From NCBI GenBank assembly GCA_030141605.1, contig JAQGDQ010000003.1, forward strand, positions 1,550,001 to 1,614,000: DNA of 64,000 nt, read 5' to 3'. Each line of letters starts with the position of its first letter. Position 1 is the first letter of the stretch. This document shows positions 39,701 through 60,943 of the stretch, piece after piece. The position numbers and the translations under genes are program-made. The notes beneath the pieces were generated by a model. The model did no database searches. It saw only the letters and a list, made by a program, of their open reading frames with translations, and was not told the DNA's origin. This DNA comes from Tubiluchus corallicola (lineage: Eukaryota; Animalia; Priapulida).

Positions 39701-42368
39701 GTATAATCTACTTATAGCAAGTTTCAGGGGACTGTGAAAATTTGCTTACTGTAACCAAGTCTCATTATAACCAATTATTTGAGTGTATGTTCATGACATG
39801 ACTATAAGGCAGTTATGGTATAATGATGAAAAGAGCCCTTTCTTTTGAGACTGGCACAAGTTTCTTAATAAGTGTCACTTTCAGCAAGCAACTATTTTAT
39901 CACAAACTTGTAAACTTATATCTAAAAGTCCTTTATGTTTTTATAGGGTTATTGCAATAAATTCCTGCATAAAGCCACTGCACAAGTTGCTTTTCTAAAT
40001 TACAACTGTTTTTATTTATTATTTCAGTCTGTTGACAGTTGAGTGTTTTGCGTAGTTGTATACAATCATTTAAATGCCTTCACACAAGACCCTGACTGTT
40101 TTTGTGGGTGGCATACAAGAGCTGGTGGTTTTTATTTAAGTAGCTGTGCATGTGCAGTATAATTTATGATTATGTCCAGGCTTCAGCATGGACATACAGT
40201 CTGACTAGCCTAAGTGCTTGTTAATTTAAAATCACTGTGCTTATTTAAAACGATATTTTTATTATAAATTAAACTTTGAAAAGTCATGGTATTATTTATT
40301 TTGCAAAGCAAAACAGTTTGTTTTTTTGAAAACTTGGTTATTTTTTGCTTGCTTTACATTAAATTGCACTATGGCTTCATTTAAGAAGCTGTCAAGTTTT
40401 GAAAGGCCCGAGAATACATCACTACCCGTTGCTGGTGACGACCCAAAAAATTGCTAAAGTTTAGCAATGACTTCACCAGCGTCATTCAAGCTAACATGTT
40501 CACAAACTGGTTCTGTTTTCCGTGTCTGTGTCATCCTGTCTATTTCATTCTGACTGCAAGTAACATTTTCAGCAGCACAAGTAGCTGCAGACCTGCCACT
40601 GCTGTGCTTGATAGACATTGTTTTATGCATGACGTGATCAATGAATTAATCTCTACCGGTATCTTGACCTTTTTGCCTTTGGTGAATGGTGCCCATTTGC
40701 AGACATTGTTTTTTGCACAACGTGATCAATAAATTAATCTCTACGGGTATGTTGACCTTTTTGCCTTTGGTGAATGGTGCTAGTTTGCCCATTGTTTTAG
40801 AACTTGCGCTTGTTATATACAGGGGAAGTAGAATGGTGGGCTGGAAAAATTCCCTTATAATAAACAAAATCTCGTAATGTCAGAGCTCACTGTAAACAAG
40901 GTTTAAATATATTATTTAAGCCTAACAATTGACTGGCCTTTGAAATGAAATTTACTCATAATAACTATTATAACTGGCCTTATGATAAGTGGATGTAGTG
41001 CATTTGTATGGATAAGATAAAGAACTGCCTTGTTACAACTCGTGTTGCAGAGATCTATCAGTTGTTACTACTTTTTTCTTTGTTTTCTCTCCTCAAACTA
41101 ATCAACTTTTTTTTGAAGGGCGATATCGAAAAAGCGATGGGTTTAACTCCTATGCCATCTTTAGACCGCGACAAGAAGGATGGTTTGCCTGCAGATCAAA
41201 TTAATTTTCTTACCACAACATTTCTGCCTTCGCTTATAACATTGCGTGATATATTTCCAAACGCTCAAACTCTTGTTGATCTTTGCATGTAAGTATCTTG
41301 CTAGGTACACCTGATATTTTTTTTTGTTAATTTACAGTTTTCTTCTCTGTTATTTGCAGCCTATTGCCTTATTTTTGTTTTGCATTCAAAATTATGATTA
41401 TGTTTATGTAAGTATTAGATTTTATGATTTTTTGTTGTGTTTACTAAATAATGATTATGATTTTTGGTAGCATTAATTAGTTGATGGTAATACAAACCAT
41501 AAACCAGATTGCAAGCATATCTGCATCCAAATGTTTGTAGGGAAGTCTTGTTAGGTGTCCTCGTTTGCATATGTGCAGTTTTCTTAACCCGTTAGCATAA
41601 TTCTTTCTCCAGACTTCATTTATCAGTTTAATAAAAATGAATAAAATTTTGCACGCATTAGGATTAGGCATACCTTATCGGTTGTTGATATAATTGCTGC
41701 AATTGATATAATTAAAACCTTTTTTGTTGGTTTGCCAAAAATTAAACATAATTTGTAGTGATAAATTTCGTTCCTGCCACTGCTGCATTTACCTTTTATT
41801 TACTTAAAGATTCATGGATATTTATTGTGTTGGTTGTTCTTATGTTTTTTTTACAGCCTGCATTCTTAGTTGTTCAGAAAGTTACATAAAATTCATAAAC
41901 GAATTTTATGAAAAGGGAAAAGTGGAAAAGGAAACCCCCATAGGGAATTTTGCTACTGAATTTGTCAAGCCACATAATTAAAGCTGCATAACATGTTTAC
42001 TTGCAGGCGGTTTGTGCTGATTTAGCACCATACTACACGGAACTACATATGTATAGTTAAGAGACATTATCAAATTACTGGCTTGCATATTGTTTGTAAG
42101 TCCTTTGACTTCTAACCTTTGAATACTGCACATCACTATTTTACATGATTGCTGGTTTTTAAAAATTTAGAATGTGGTTTGCTGAGAATTGTATTTTATT
42201 TAATGTAGCAACCTTTTTTACCTTTTTTAAAATCTCCCAAGGCAAAATATCCAACAATGGAAAAGCATTGAAGCGGGGAAACCTCCATCAATGTGGGTTG
42301 TTGCAGATTCAGTTCCTGCTCAAGAAGATATAGAAATAGAAGCTCCGCCCGATCTGTCGTTTATATAG
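24791..42368 (+). CDS. PDE10A: Cyclic nucleotide phosphodiesterase, PDE10-like (GAF-A, GAF-B, PDEase_I), ~813 aa, 17 coding exons
   Basis: Exons: 24791-24875 (tentative first), 25514-25722, 25993-26101, 26859-27040, 28296-28448, 29744-29905, 31954-32099, 32373-32465, 34517-34703, 34808-34950, 35840-35923, 36698-36848, 37439-37594, 38441-38613, 39095-39206, 41119-41288, 42242-42368 (TAG); all phases compatible. N-terminal [32 protein letters not shown] is PDE10-like. GAF motifs [36 protein letters not shown]. Catalytic motifs [41 protein letters not shown]. Confidence 0.93.
26140..26398 (+). repeat. Diverged ~140-bp direct duplication in a PDE intron, each copy containing a hairpin followed by CTAG
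   Basis: ACTTCTCA(T/A)TATAGAAG..GAATCAACTAGATTA..TAATGTGTTTTTTGTTTAGTCAT..TTTGTTTTGTTTTAATG occurs twice (~26158 and ~26302). Confidence 0.8.
30785..30872. repeat. (TG)n-rich microsatellite, possibly inside a TTAA-flanked MITE (~30505-31166)
   Basis: The TG run is visible. TTAACCCT at ~30505 and GGATTAA at ~31160 are only weakly complementary. Confidence 0.75.
31488..31807. mobile_element. MITE, 320 bp, with an apparent 5-bp TSD
   Basis: TCTTA at 31483-31487 and 31808-31812. Imperfect TIRs CAGGGGTGGATCCA / TGGATCAGTCTATG. GC-rich internal GGGGGTCTGGGG motif. Confidence 0.7.
39698..40911. mobile_element. Old Tigger-like MITE remnant containing an 88-bp tandem duplication (40614-40790)
   Basis: Degenerate ends TATAGTATAATCTACTTATAGCAAG / CACTGTAAACAAGGTTTAAATATA with nested subterminal TTATAAC-like motifs. 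GACATTGTTTT..GACCTTTTTGCCTTTGGTGAATGGTGC is repeated at 40614 and 40702. The duplication is certain; the element boundaries are inferred. Confidence 0.55.
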
Positions 42369-42805
42369 TACTTTCCGTTGACAATGATGTTCTGTTTTAA
42401 TGTACAAGGTTTGTTTTGTGATGTATTTTAATTTATTGAAAGAACTCTTTATGTAAAATAAGACGTGTGTACAAACCTGACTTTTGTTTGTGTTGTATAT
42501 GTACCTTGAAAGCTAATGCTTTACCAACACCATCATCATCATTATTCTTTCTACTTCTTTCTTTGTTTTTTAACACAATACCAATGTCATGAAAATTCAC
42601 GAACAATATAAAAATTGATAATAGTTCTTACTTCATATTCAAACTTAAGGTTAGATTTTTTATTTATCTACTCATTACAGTATCCATTACTTGTCATTTA
42701 CACTGGTATGTCATTTGCTTAATTCTTCGTCTAATTTGCCTTTACTGTTGATAAAACTTGCGTAAAACTAGGTGTGAACTTTTGCGACCACTTAAAAGTG
42801 TATCA

Positions 42806-45800
42806 CTAGCATGCTCCACACGTTTTCTTGCAGTTAGTCTTTCCAAATCTGCTGCATATGATTTGGTTGCCATCCCTTCCCATTTTATTGAGTTTATCTA
42901 TTTGTTGTTGACAGTTTCCCCACACATCGAATACTTGACATGGTGGCTCTAGAAGAAAAAACAAGCTCTGTAAGTGGACTAAATAGCATGAGCAGCGAAG
43001 TTAATAGTATTCCTATTTGCTATATGGCTGTAAATTTAAGAATTTCCACATGCGCTTCATTCATTACAAAAGTCGCTCTCGGGTATATCGGGTATAACTT
43101 ATTTCTGCATTTAATGGATGTGATTACTTCCAGAACTTTCTAGGGAAATTTATAGGGTCGGTGATATCTTTTGAAATACCTATTCTTCATGCGATATATT
43201 TTGTTTGAGACTGTAGCAAGATTGGCTAAGTATGTCATCAGATTCATAACTGATGTGACATAACAAGCTTAAAATATGGTGTCAAACCACTGCTGGTAAT
43301 CAACTTAAATGAACTTGTGGAAAACATTTTTGCTCATCATTTGGCATTATGTGGATATTCGTGATATGTTAGTATTTTCTTCTAAAAGTCTGTATTTTTC
43401 TTACTGCATAGATTGTCGAGTCCACAACCTGCTTCACATTTGCTGCATTTTCTACCCACTGTAAATGGGATGTATTCCTTGCCAGGTGGGCCATTACCTC
43501 TGTAATATAAATGCACTTATGAAGATTATTTTTCCAATAGCCTAATCACTTGGATGATTTTAGTTCATTCAAAACTTTACAATCTATTTAATCTAGTGTG
43601 ATTATTGTACCTTCTGAATACATGAATAAAGTTTGAATGAAGGTACTTTTTAAAGAGATGTGAGAATATGCAAGTATGGTCTCTTGACTTCATGCTAGTA
43701 AAATATTAAGCAGCCAAGTTGAATAAGTGAGCTAAACAATGTAAATCAAATAATGGCTGAAACTTACAGTAAGAAACAGCTTTATGCATGAAGTAATGAA
43801 AAATTACGACAACATTTGTTAAAACTGTCAAGCTTATGATTGACAAGTTTGTCAAAATTTAAGACTCATTTTAATTTGGAAACATCAGTTTACCCGGGAC
43901 AGTAGTCACACACCCAAAAACGGAAATTGTTTGGACAGTCTGCAACTCCACAACCAACGAAAGCAGTTCTAGCCCAGACTACCTAATTAATAAAAATAAA
44001 AGATTTTGCTAAACAGTGTACATACTATGGCAACAGCAACAGTAACATCAATGACAATGACAACAGCCACAATAAAACATTACTATTAGATTTTTAACTC
44101 TATTATAAATCTCTCAGAGAAAAGCATTGTGGCAAAGTGTAACAGTCTACCTGTGTGTAATGGCCAACTACTTTGTTATCACGTGGCGGCATGCCATATC
44201 GAAAGTACTGTTTTTCCGAGTGCCAACTTTGTATGACCGATTCCCAATTGGGTCTCTGACTTTTCAATTGCATGGCAATGTTCTGTCCACATCCATGGGC
44301 TAATTTGTAACCTTTGTATAAAGAAAGATGTACATTAGAATTCTGGTTACATCAGAAATTTACTTTTATTTACTGACTGCAATGTGATAATAATTTCATT
44401 TGCTAACAAAAGTGCCTTTTTATGCTTAGTTTTTTTGTTACATGGAGGCATGTTTGTGTCAGAGCTATCTATTTCGAGAAATGTTGGGCAATTCATTATG
44501 CTTGTTTCACAGCTACTAGCCAGCACCATATGTTGCAGCCAAAAGAATCAGCTGTGCACATTCCAGCTTATACAACACAAATTAGGATTGTAACTGATGT
44601 TAATGACGTGATAGTAAAGACAATGCTTGTAGAAAACACAAGAAACAAAAGTCATTGTGTTTATTTTATTCCGTAAAAGTTCTCATTTGTTTAAAATTGT
44701 TAAATATAAAAACTTACGCGTATTATTAAACATAAGATTTTTTCTGCTTTTTGAAAAATCCTACATGTATAAAGAACTGCTTAGGCTTAGCATACGGAAT
44801 TTTCTATAGGACTATAACTGGAATGACGTTAATATTTGGGCTTGAATGGGTTGTTATTACAGTAATAATTAGTTGCTTGAATTTTGTAATTACTTTCGTA
44901 ATAAGAGGAAATGCTACTTTTCATAATCTTTCTGACTACTCCAAAATTTGGCTGTGGACTTCATATGTAATATTACGTAGACCTTGGTGTCAACTGGAAA
45001 TTGTTTGGTGGCTCTTGTTAACTACAAGAATTATAGTTAATATGCTTAAGCTATAATAGAATAGTCAAAGCTGAAGATTTGCTTTCTTGAAGTTCATTTT
45101 GTGCACACCAATTTTGGAGTTTTAATTATCACAGTTGTTGGCATGTCCTAGCCCGTCAAACTCTTCTTGGTGGGCAAAGTATTGTTTCTCCTGTATATAT
45201 TCATAAGCAACACTCATCATATTGATTATCGCACTGTTGGTCAGTCAATCCATTATTACTAAAACGTGAATTTTAGCCAGAGTGACATAAAATTGAATTG
45301 GTTGGTAACTCTTATAATTTTAGTAATTGCTTTATGCTGTTCTATAACATAATTTTAACATGCGTTTGCCTGCCTGTTATGTAACGAAACTTGTCTATGC
45401 CTGCTTAGTACTTAGCTTTTTCATGAGTGATCTTACATGTCGTTAAATATTACAAATCGTTATGCGAGGGAGCTCTTGTCTAAATGTGGCTACCTTTTGT
45501 TGGACACCTATCACATGCATGAGCTTATATGCCTAGTTTCACTTACCTGTTACATGGGGAAGTTCATGTCTAGGTCTAGTACATCCTTCCTGTGCAACTC
45601 TATCTGCCAAACTTTGCGCTTCTTTAGCTGCCTCGTCATGCCATTGCTAAAATAAAATGGAAAGATATTCATTATATGAATTCTCTACACATGAGAAACT
45701 GTGAACTGATTAATACATAAAATTATTTTCAAACAAATGTAGTATAAATACATGACTATAGATCTAGGCAGTAAGTACAGATACACATGAATATGTCTTG

Positions 45801-47682
45801 TAACTGCCATTGCTGTGACTGATAAATAGCGCTACCTTTAACTGAAGCTACTAATAGAAGCTATTATTTTATTGGTTTAAAAAGTGAATTATATTACAGG
45901 AATTTAAAAGCATAAAAAATATAAAGAGCCTAAATCGTAAAACCAACATTGCGTGATCTGATTTTGAATGTTAATGCAATCCAATTATTACGAAATGTTT
46001 TTCTGGTCATTCAGCTTGTGTTTTGTTCTGAGCGTAAACACATTTTTCTAGTTAATGATAGGTCTACGTTTTTCTGAAAATTTTTGTCCTACTATGCTTT
46101 TACACATTTTTAAGCTCAAAAGCATGAACTTACCAGTCGCACCATATCTGCTGCTGGTTCAGAAGCCCGGAGGTGATTATGTACACTAAGGATCTCCCTT
46201 TTCTCACTCTCTGTAACTGATCTTGTTCCAATGTAGTGATACTCATCTCGTTCATTTACAGGTGGCTCCTCTTCAGCTAACATCTCCTCTATTAGGGATG
46301 GTTCTCTTTCTTCCAGGACCAAGCCTTGATTGCCTTCTATAGGCAATTCTCCTTCTGTGAGAGGGGCCCGCTTTTCTTCTAGCGTCTCTTCGATCTTTTC
46401 GATCTGTATTTGTAATTAATACATATTAATTGAGACTTTGCTTTTCAAATCGTGCAGGCCTAACTTGACTAACATTGCGCTAGTAAAAAATGCCTACTGG
46501 TAATTAACAGTTTTTGTAACATTAGACAGTGCTCAAATCCTGCTACGTAGAGGAACGCAAGTTGCATAGTACAATCTTAATACCAAATTGATAAAAGTGG
46601 TGAATACTGTAGGAGTATAGGTTCCTCGGTAGTGTTTTCAAATCTGATGGCTAAGCCTGCTGATACTATTTTTAGCTACCAGCTTTTATTACTTTTTGTC
46701 ACAATTTTATAGCAAATCAAAGTTCAATAATTTTGCTAACAGATTTTCATTGCTTTTTGTAGGAGCTTTGAACAGATCTTTATGTAGACATTTGTAACGT
46801 GAACATGTTTGTCATGCAAGAGGATCAGTTTCCTCTTATGAACTGAAATGCTGTGCAGTCATTGTTCTACTCTTAAATGACCGATTTCCATGATTCCATT
46901 TTTTTGTGTGTAAGCCAAATCCAGCCTCAACATCAGGGAGCTATTTCATTATCAAGGATACTCTTCTAGTATGAGGCACAGGACTAGCAGATGTTCATAG
47001 CCACATCTGAATTCATATACATCCCTTCCTCAGCAAATAGCTGGATACAGTGTAGTGCAGTACAAAATCATCTAGCTTTCCTGTTAGTCACCCATTCATT
47101 TACTGGTTAGGCTTGGTATTTTGTTTGCTAAGTGTACACTGTGACAACTCAACTAGAAGATATGTAATGTAATCTTACCTCTCGAATGAGTCTTTCTAAT
47201 TCGCTGTCACCTGCCTCATTGTATCGTACTATCCCACCTGTAATTAGATCCTCATGAGGTCAAAAATAATGTTTTCACGTATAGGGCTTTATACTTCTAA
47301 CTGGTATTAGGAAATTTCTTGGTTTAATTTTGGAAATCTTCAAGTTGCATTTAAAACTTGATAGGTTAAAATGCTTAAAATGGCTATTTGTAATTAATAT
47401 AATAAATTATATCAGATTTATAAATGAAGGACTTTTGATCAACTATTTTACAGACATGTATTTAATCATACTAATAGTCATTCATGCAACAAAATAATTG
47501 ATCTTTCAGGCATTCTTTATGATCTTTAAGGCCCTAGCTTAAAAAATATCACAACTAATAAAATCATGATTACAGATAAAGATCATAGTTCATAAAATTT
47601 TGATTTCAGTGTCTGCAATTGCTTTAGCTTTACATAATTTACCTGTAATTAAAATGAAAAATAACTTCACTCTTAACTCCAT
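42806..47682 (-). CDS. Secreted CAP/SCP-domain (CRISP-like) protein with an acidic pro-region, hinge and C-terminal ShKT-like domain, 318 aa
   Basis: Exons 47682-47643, 47237-47179, 46403-46134, 45646-45547, 44311-44151, 43982-43894, 43499-43405, 42948-42806 (TAG); all phases fit. Signal peptide MELRVKLFFILITGGIVRYNEA. CAP motifs ILSVHNHLRA..AADMVRLQWHDEAA, GQNIA, SWHSE, GHYTQVVWART..VGCG..C..VCDYCPGGN. Hinge PFTVGRKCSKCEAGCGLDNLC. Six-Cys tail CQVFDVWGNC..C..CKKTCGAC. Confidence 0.93.
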
Positions 47683-49199
47683 GTTTACTTTAGCTGTGCT
47701 GATCACCTTCATCCATGTGACATGAAATTGTCAATTTTGTATTTATATAGGATTATGTGACCCTGATCTGTACCCATATGGATAGCCTGCTGAATAGCAA
47801 TATTGTCACAATGGAAAACATTCATTTTAATTTACCATTAAACTGTGATTAATTAGTAGTAGCATAAGGGTTTGTCTCACTTACCAGAGTACCTTACATA
47901 ATGAGATGTGTGACTGAGTGCAGTTATACTCTCCTTGTAATCTTAAAAATGATCTGAAATATCAAAATTTGAAAATTATATTAAAGTGGATTACGATTCC
48001 TTGTGGAAGAATAATATTCTATGTAATAAATACATTAAACTTAGGCTTCCAGTAGAATATTATTGTAACAACATCACCTACTTTTTGCATTATGGTGTGC
48101 CCAGTGCTCAAAAGCTTAACAATGCAAATAATTATTTTTGTTTACTCATCAACTTTTTAGATGAAACAATTTACGGTATACTTTATGGAAGAAACACAAA
48201 TTATTGTGCAACGGACTGTTTATAGTTACCTTACCTTGGGCATGTATGGAAAGGTGTGATTCATAGATCTGTTTAGCTAATTTTTTCAGTACATTAATGT
48301 ATTTTTGCATGAATGCTAGCTGCTGGTGACTTTTACTCTAAATATTCTTCCAAGTAAATTGCTTACTTGCACAGTAATTGCGCAGGTGGCTGCGTGTATC
48401 AAGTTGGATGAAAAGTCTTCTCCAGCTTTATGCTCACGTTTTGATAATCCCACATAATAATAACACCTAATTTCCATAACACAATAAAACACCTTTCACT
48501 GAATATTAATAAATTTATAATGTTGTATTGGAATGATAAGGGATGTTACAAGTATTCAATTCGTGATAGGAATTAGATTCATTCCAGTATATTTTTATGT
48601 AGATCCCCACCCTCTACGAGGTTGGTAGCTACCCAAAATAATGGGATTTTGGTTACAGAATGTAATAGTAAATGACCAGAAAACTTAAACTGCTGCTACT
48701 CATGTGACGGGCACTATCTCCTGCTGTTATTCCTGATGCTATAAGCTGTTAAGCAAGGCTGTAATCCGCAGAGAAATGGTGTTCCCAAAAAGAATTCCAT
48801 AGTAAGACGCCCGAGGGAAAAACTTCGTGTACAAGCTGCTGTTTTGCACTTGGGAATGGTCAAAGTGAGGTTATGAGAAGCAGGAGCAATATGAGCACTG
48901 CAAGTAAAGTGCCAGATGTACCTACGATACAATCAATAAAAATGTAGTGTTAAAATTTATTCATTGTAACAGTAGGCTTTTGATAGGCAAGGGATCCCTA
49001 AACCAGGCTCGACTTAATTGAAAGTACAATTTTGTTATTTCTAGTTTCTGAAATTTTGAGTACTGGCTACAGTACACTTTGGCAAGATCAGGTAGTTGAT
49101 TTGCAAAGATATTCAGATATTATAGATTGTAATATAGATATCCCAAGATATTCATATGTTATAGTATTCAATATGGGTAAACACAATCACAACAGAAAG

Positions 49200-51438
49200 C
49201 ACAACATTTAGTTCAAAGAAGGGTTGTTTATTAAGTAGAAACAGTAAATATAATTACGATATTCGTTATAAAGTGCACAAATAACATCACGTTGAACAAG
49301 GCGTAAGTTATGCATTTTAGCAAATCAAAATTCTAAGCTCAGCTTAAATTTATCTTAGTGACTTGCTTCCTGTTTTAAGTGAGCTAACCAAAGACTTGTT
49401 TTGTCATTCAATTATTTTTGAAGATCATATATGATCATCTATTCTTGCTAACTGCAATAAATAAATTTTCTAAATTATTTAGTTTATTTGAATTATTTCA
49501 ATTGGCATTCATATTGCACTTTATATTATTGATACGAATGAAATTTTAAAGAATCGTTCCAGGCCTTATTACAGACATGTCTACATACATAGGTTATCAT
49601 TGATTAGCCATGTTTCTGATACATACAAATACCAACTTTATTTTGATCTCTAACTTAAAAAATAACTTACACACTTGTAAATGACAAGTCTTTTTAATGT
49701 TTATAATACTGATGGCATTGTGTGCAGAATTAGGACATAGTCACATTTACTCATATTTGAAAAAAAAATTGGTGGAATATATGCAAAGATGGAATTGTTT
49801 ATTTTTGTAGTCAGCAAATGACATGGAATGCATGAGCAACATAATGATTAATGCAAAAAGCATTATCATTTGAGAGTCTGGAAAGGAATGTAAACCTATG
49901 AAAAACTAACTTAAAACAAAAACCATCAGAGCAATGGTGTTTTGTCAATAATAAAGATAGGTATGATGAAATAGATAGCAACATAACATAGGTCTGCATA
50001 ACAATACATTTAAAAATAGCTTAGCAGTAGTGAAGCAATAAAATCACTTATGCTGAGGAGGTGACGTAATTATGGTAATTTAACAACATGCTAATATTAA
50101 TAAAAATCAGTCTACCTGATGTGAAAATGAGTAGTGTTGCACTCTATAGACTAGAGTTTATGTTCTACTAAGCAGCTCTATTTCTTTGCAAAGCTTATTA
50201 CGAATGAGGGCAGCAATTTCACCTGAGTTCAGATTAATAATAATAAAACAACATTATGGAAAATTGAGCGAAACATTAAATTTATGTACACATACACAGA
50301 CATAGACAACAACTAATACCATTATTATTATAAGAATCGATACAAAGTCAGTTAGACAATTTAACCTTAAACAGTCATTATTATTATTGTTATTAAGCAG
50401 ACGAAATTAAGAAATTGGTAACATTCTCAGTGGGCCTTACAATATTTTGAGTTGGATATTAACACTACTTACTCAAATTACTCTATATTTAGTGGATATG
50501 ATCAAAATGTTATCATTTAAATGTATGTCTTCACAAGCAAGTAATAAATTTTTACAGCAGCTTTCATACTCAAAATAACAACTGCCATAATTATAAACAT
50601 AGCAGCTAAATATTTAAAGTGAAGACAAATGCAAATCAGTCTCCAGCTGTTTCATACTAGGAATGTTGTTAAAGTTAGCTCAGACACACATTTAGGCCTT
50701 GCTTACTTGTGATAACTGGCATATTATGCTTTAGTATATCACAGCACTTCTGGAATACAGTATTAAGTATTAACAGTAATATTTGAAAATAATACAAAGT
50801 TATAACTTGTAGCTTATTCTACGAGATTTAAAGCTCATTAGGCTACTTTTAACAATTTGGAAAATAATGTAAGATGGAAAGTTTAAAAAATGCAAATTGT
50901 CTTAATACAGATATACATTATAATACATTGGTTCACATACACATAATTATGAAATTTGTAGGTATACAATAATACTTTGAACAAAAATGTACTTTATACA
51001 CAATTTTGTACAAGATAATAACAAGGTCCCATAGTAATGGAATGAAAAAACAAAACTGAGTTTAAGAAGCATATTATTTGTACATTATTTACTCAGTTTA
51101 TATGTTTTGACTAGATGCGCTCCAGCACCAATATTATCTTTTAGTTGTTGCTATCTACATAGCGCATCCATCATACTTGCTTAGTCACTATGTTCTAAAG
51201 GACATAGATACGTCTACATGGTTTAGTATGCTGTGGCCACAAATGAATTACAAAGAACTATAGGAAAATATTGCAATAGCCTTGTTGCTATTGCACCCGC
51301 ATATCATTTATACTGCCCTGTCATAATTTCTTCAGTTGAGCTTTGAACCTGTACATATAACAGTCTTCTCTTTCATCTGACACTTTGCTCCTCTATACTG
51401 GCTTTGGTTGTGGCACTGACTGTGGTAGTTTCTGTAAG
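49200..51438 (-). other. Probable long AT-rich 3'UTR of COE
   Basis: No ORF or transposon features. Minus-strand AATAAA (TTTATT on +) at ~49227. Extent inferred. Confidence 0.4.

Positions 51439-60943
<9,505 letters not shown>

Noticed and set aside
44347-45056. Cluster of 60-100 aa ORFs in the CRISP intron, and most other short ORFs in the track
   Set aside because: No recognisable motifs, no compatible splice phases and low-complexity AT-rich composition; treated as noise or decayed repeat.
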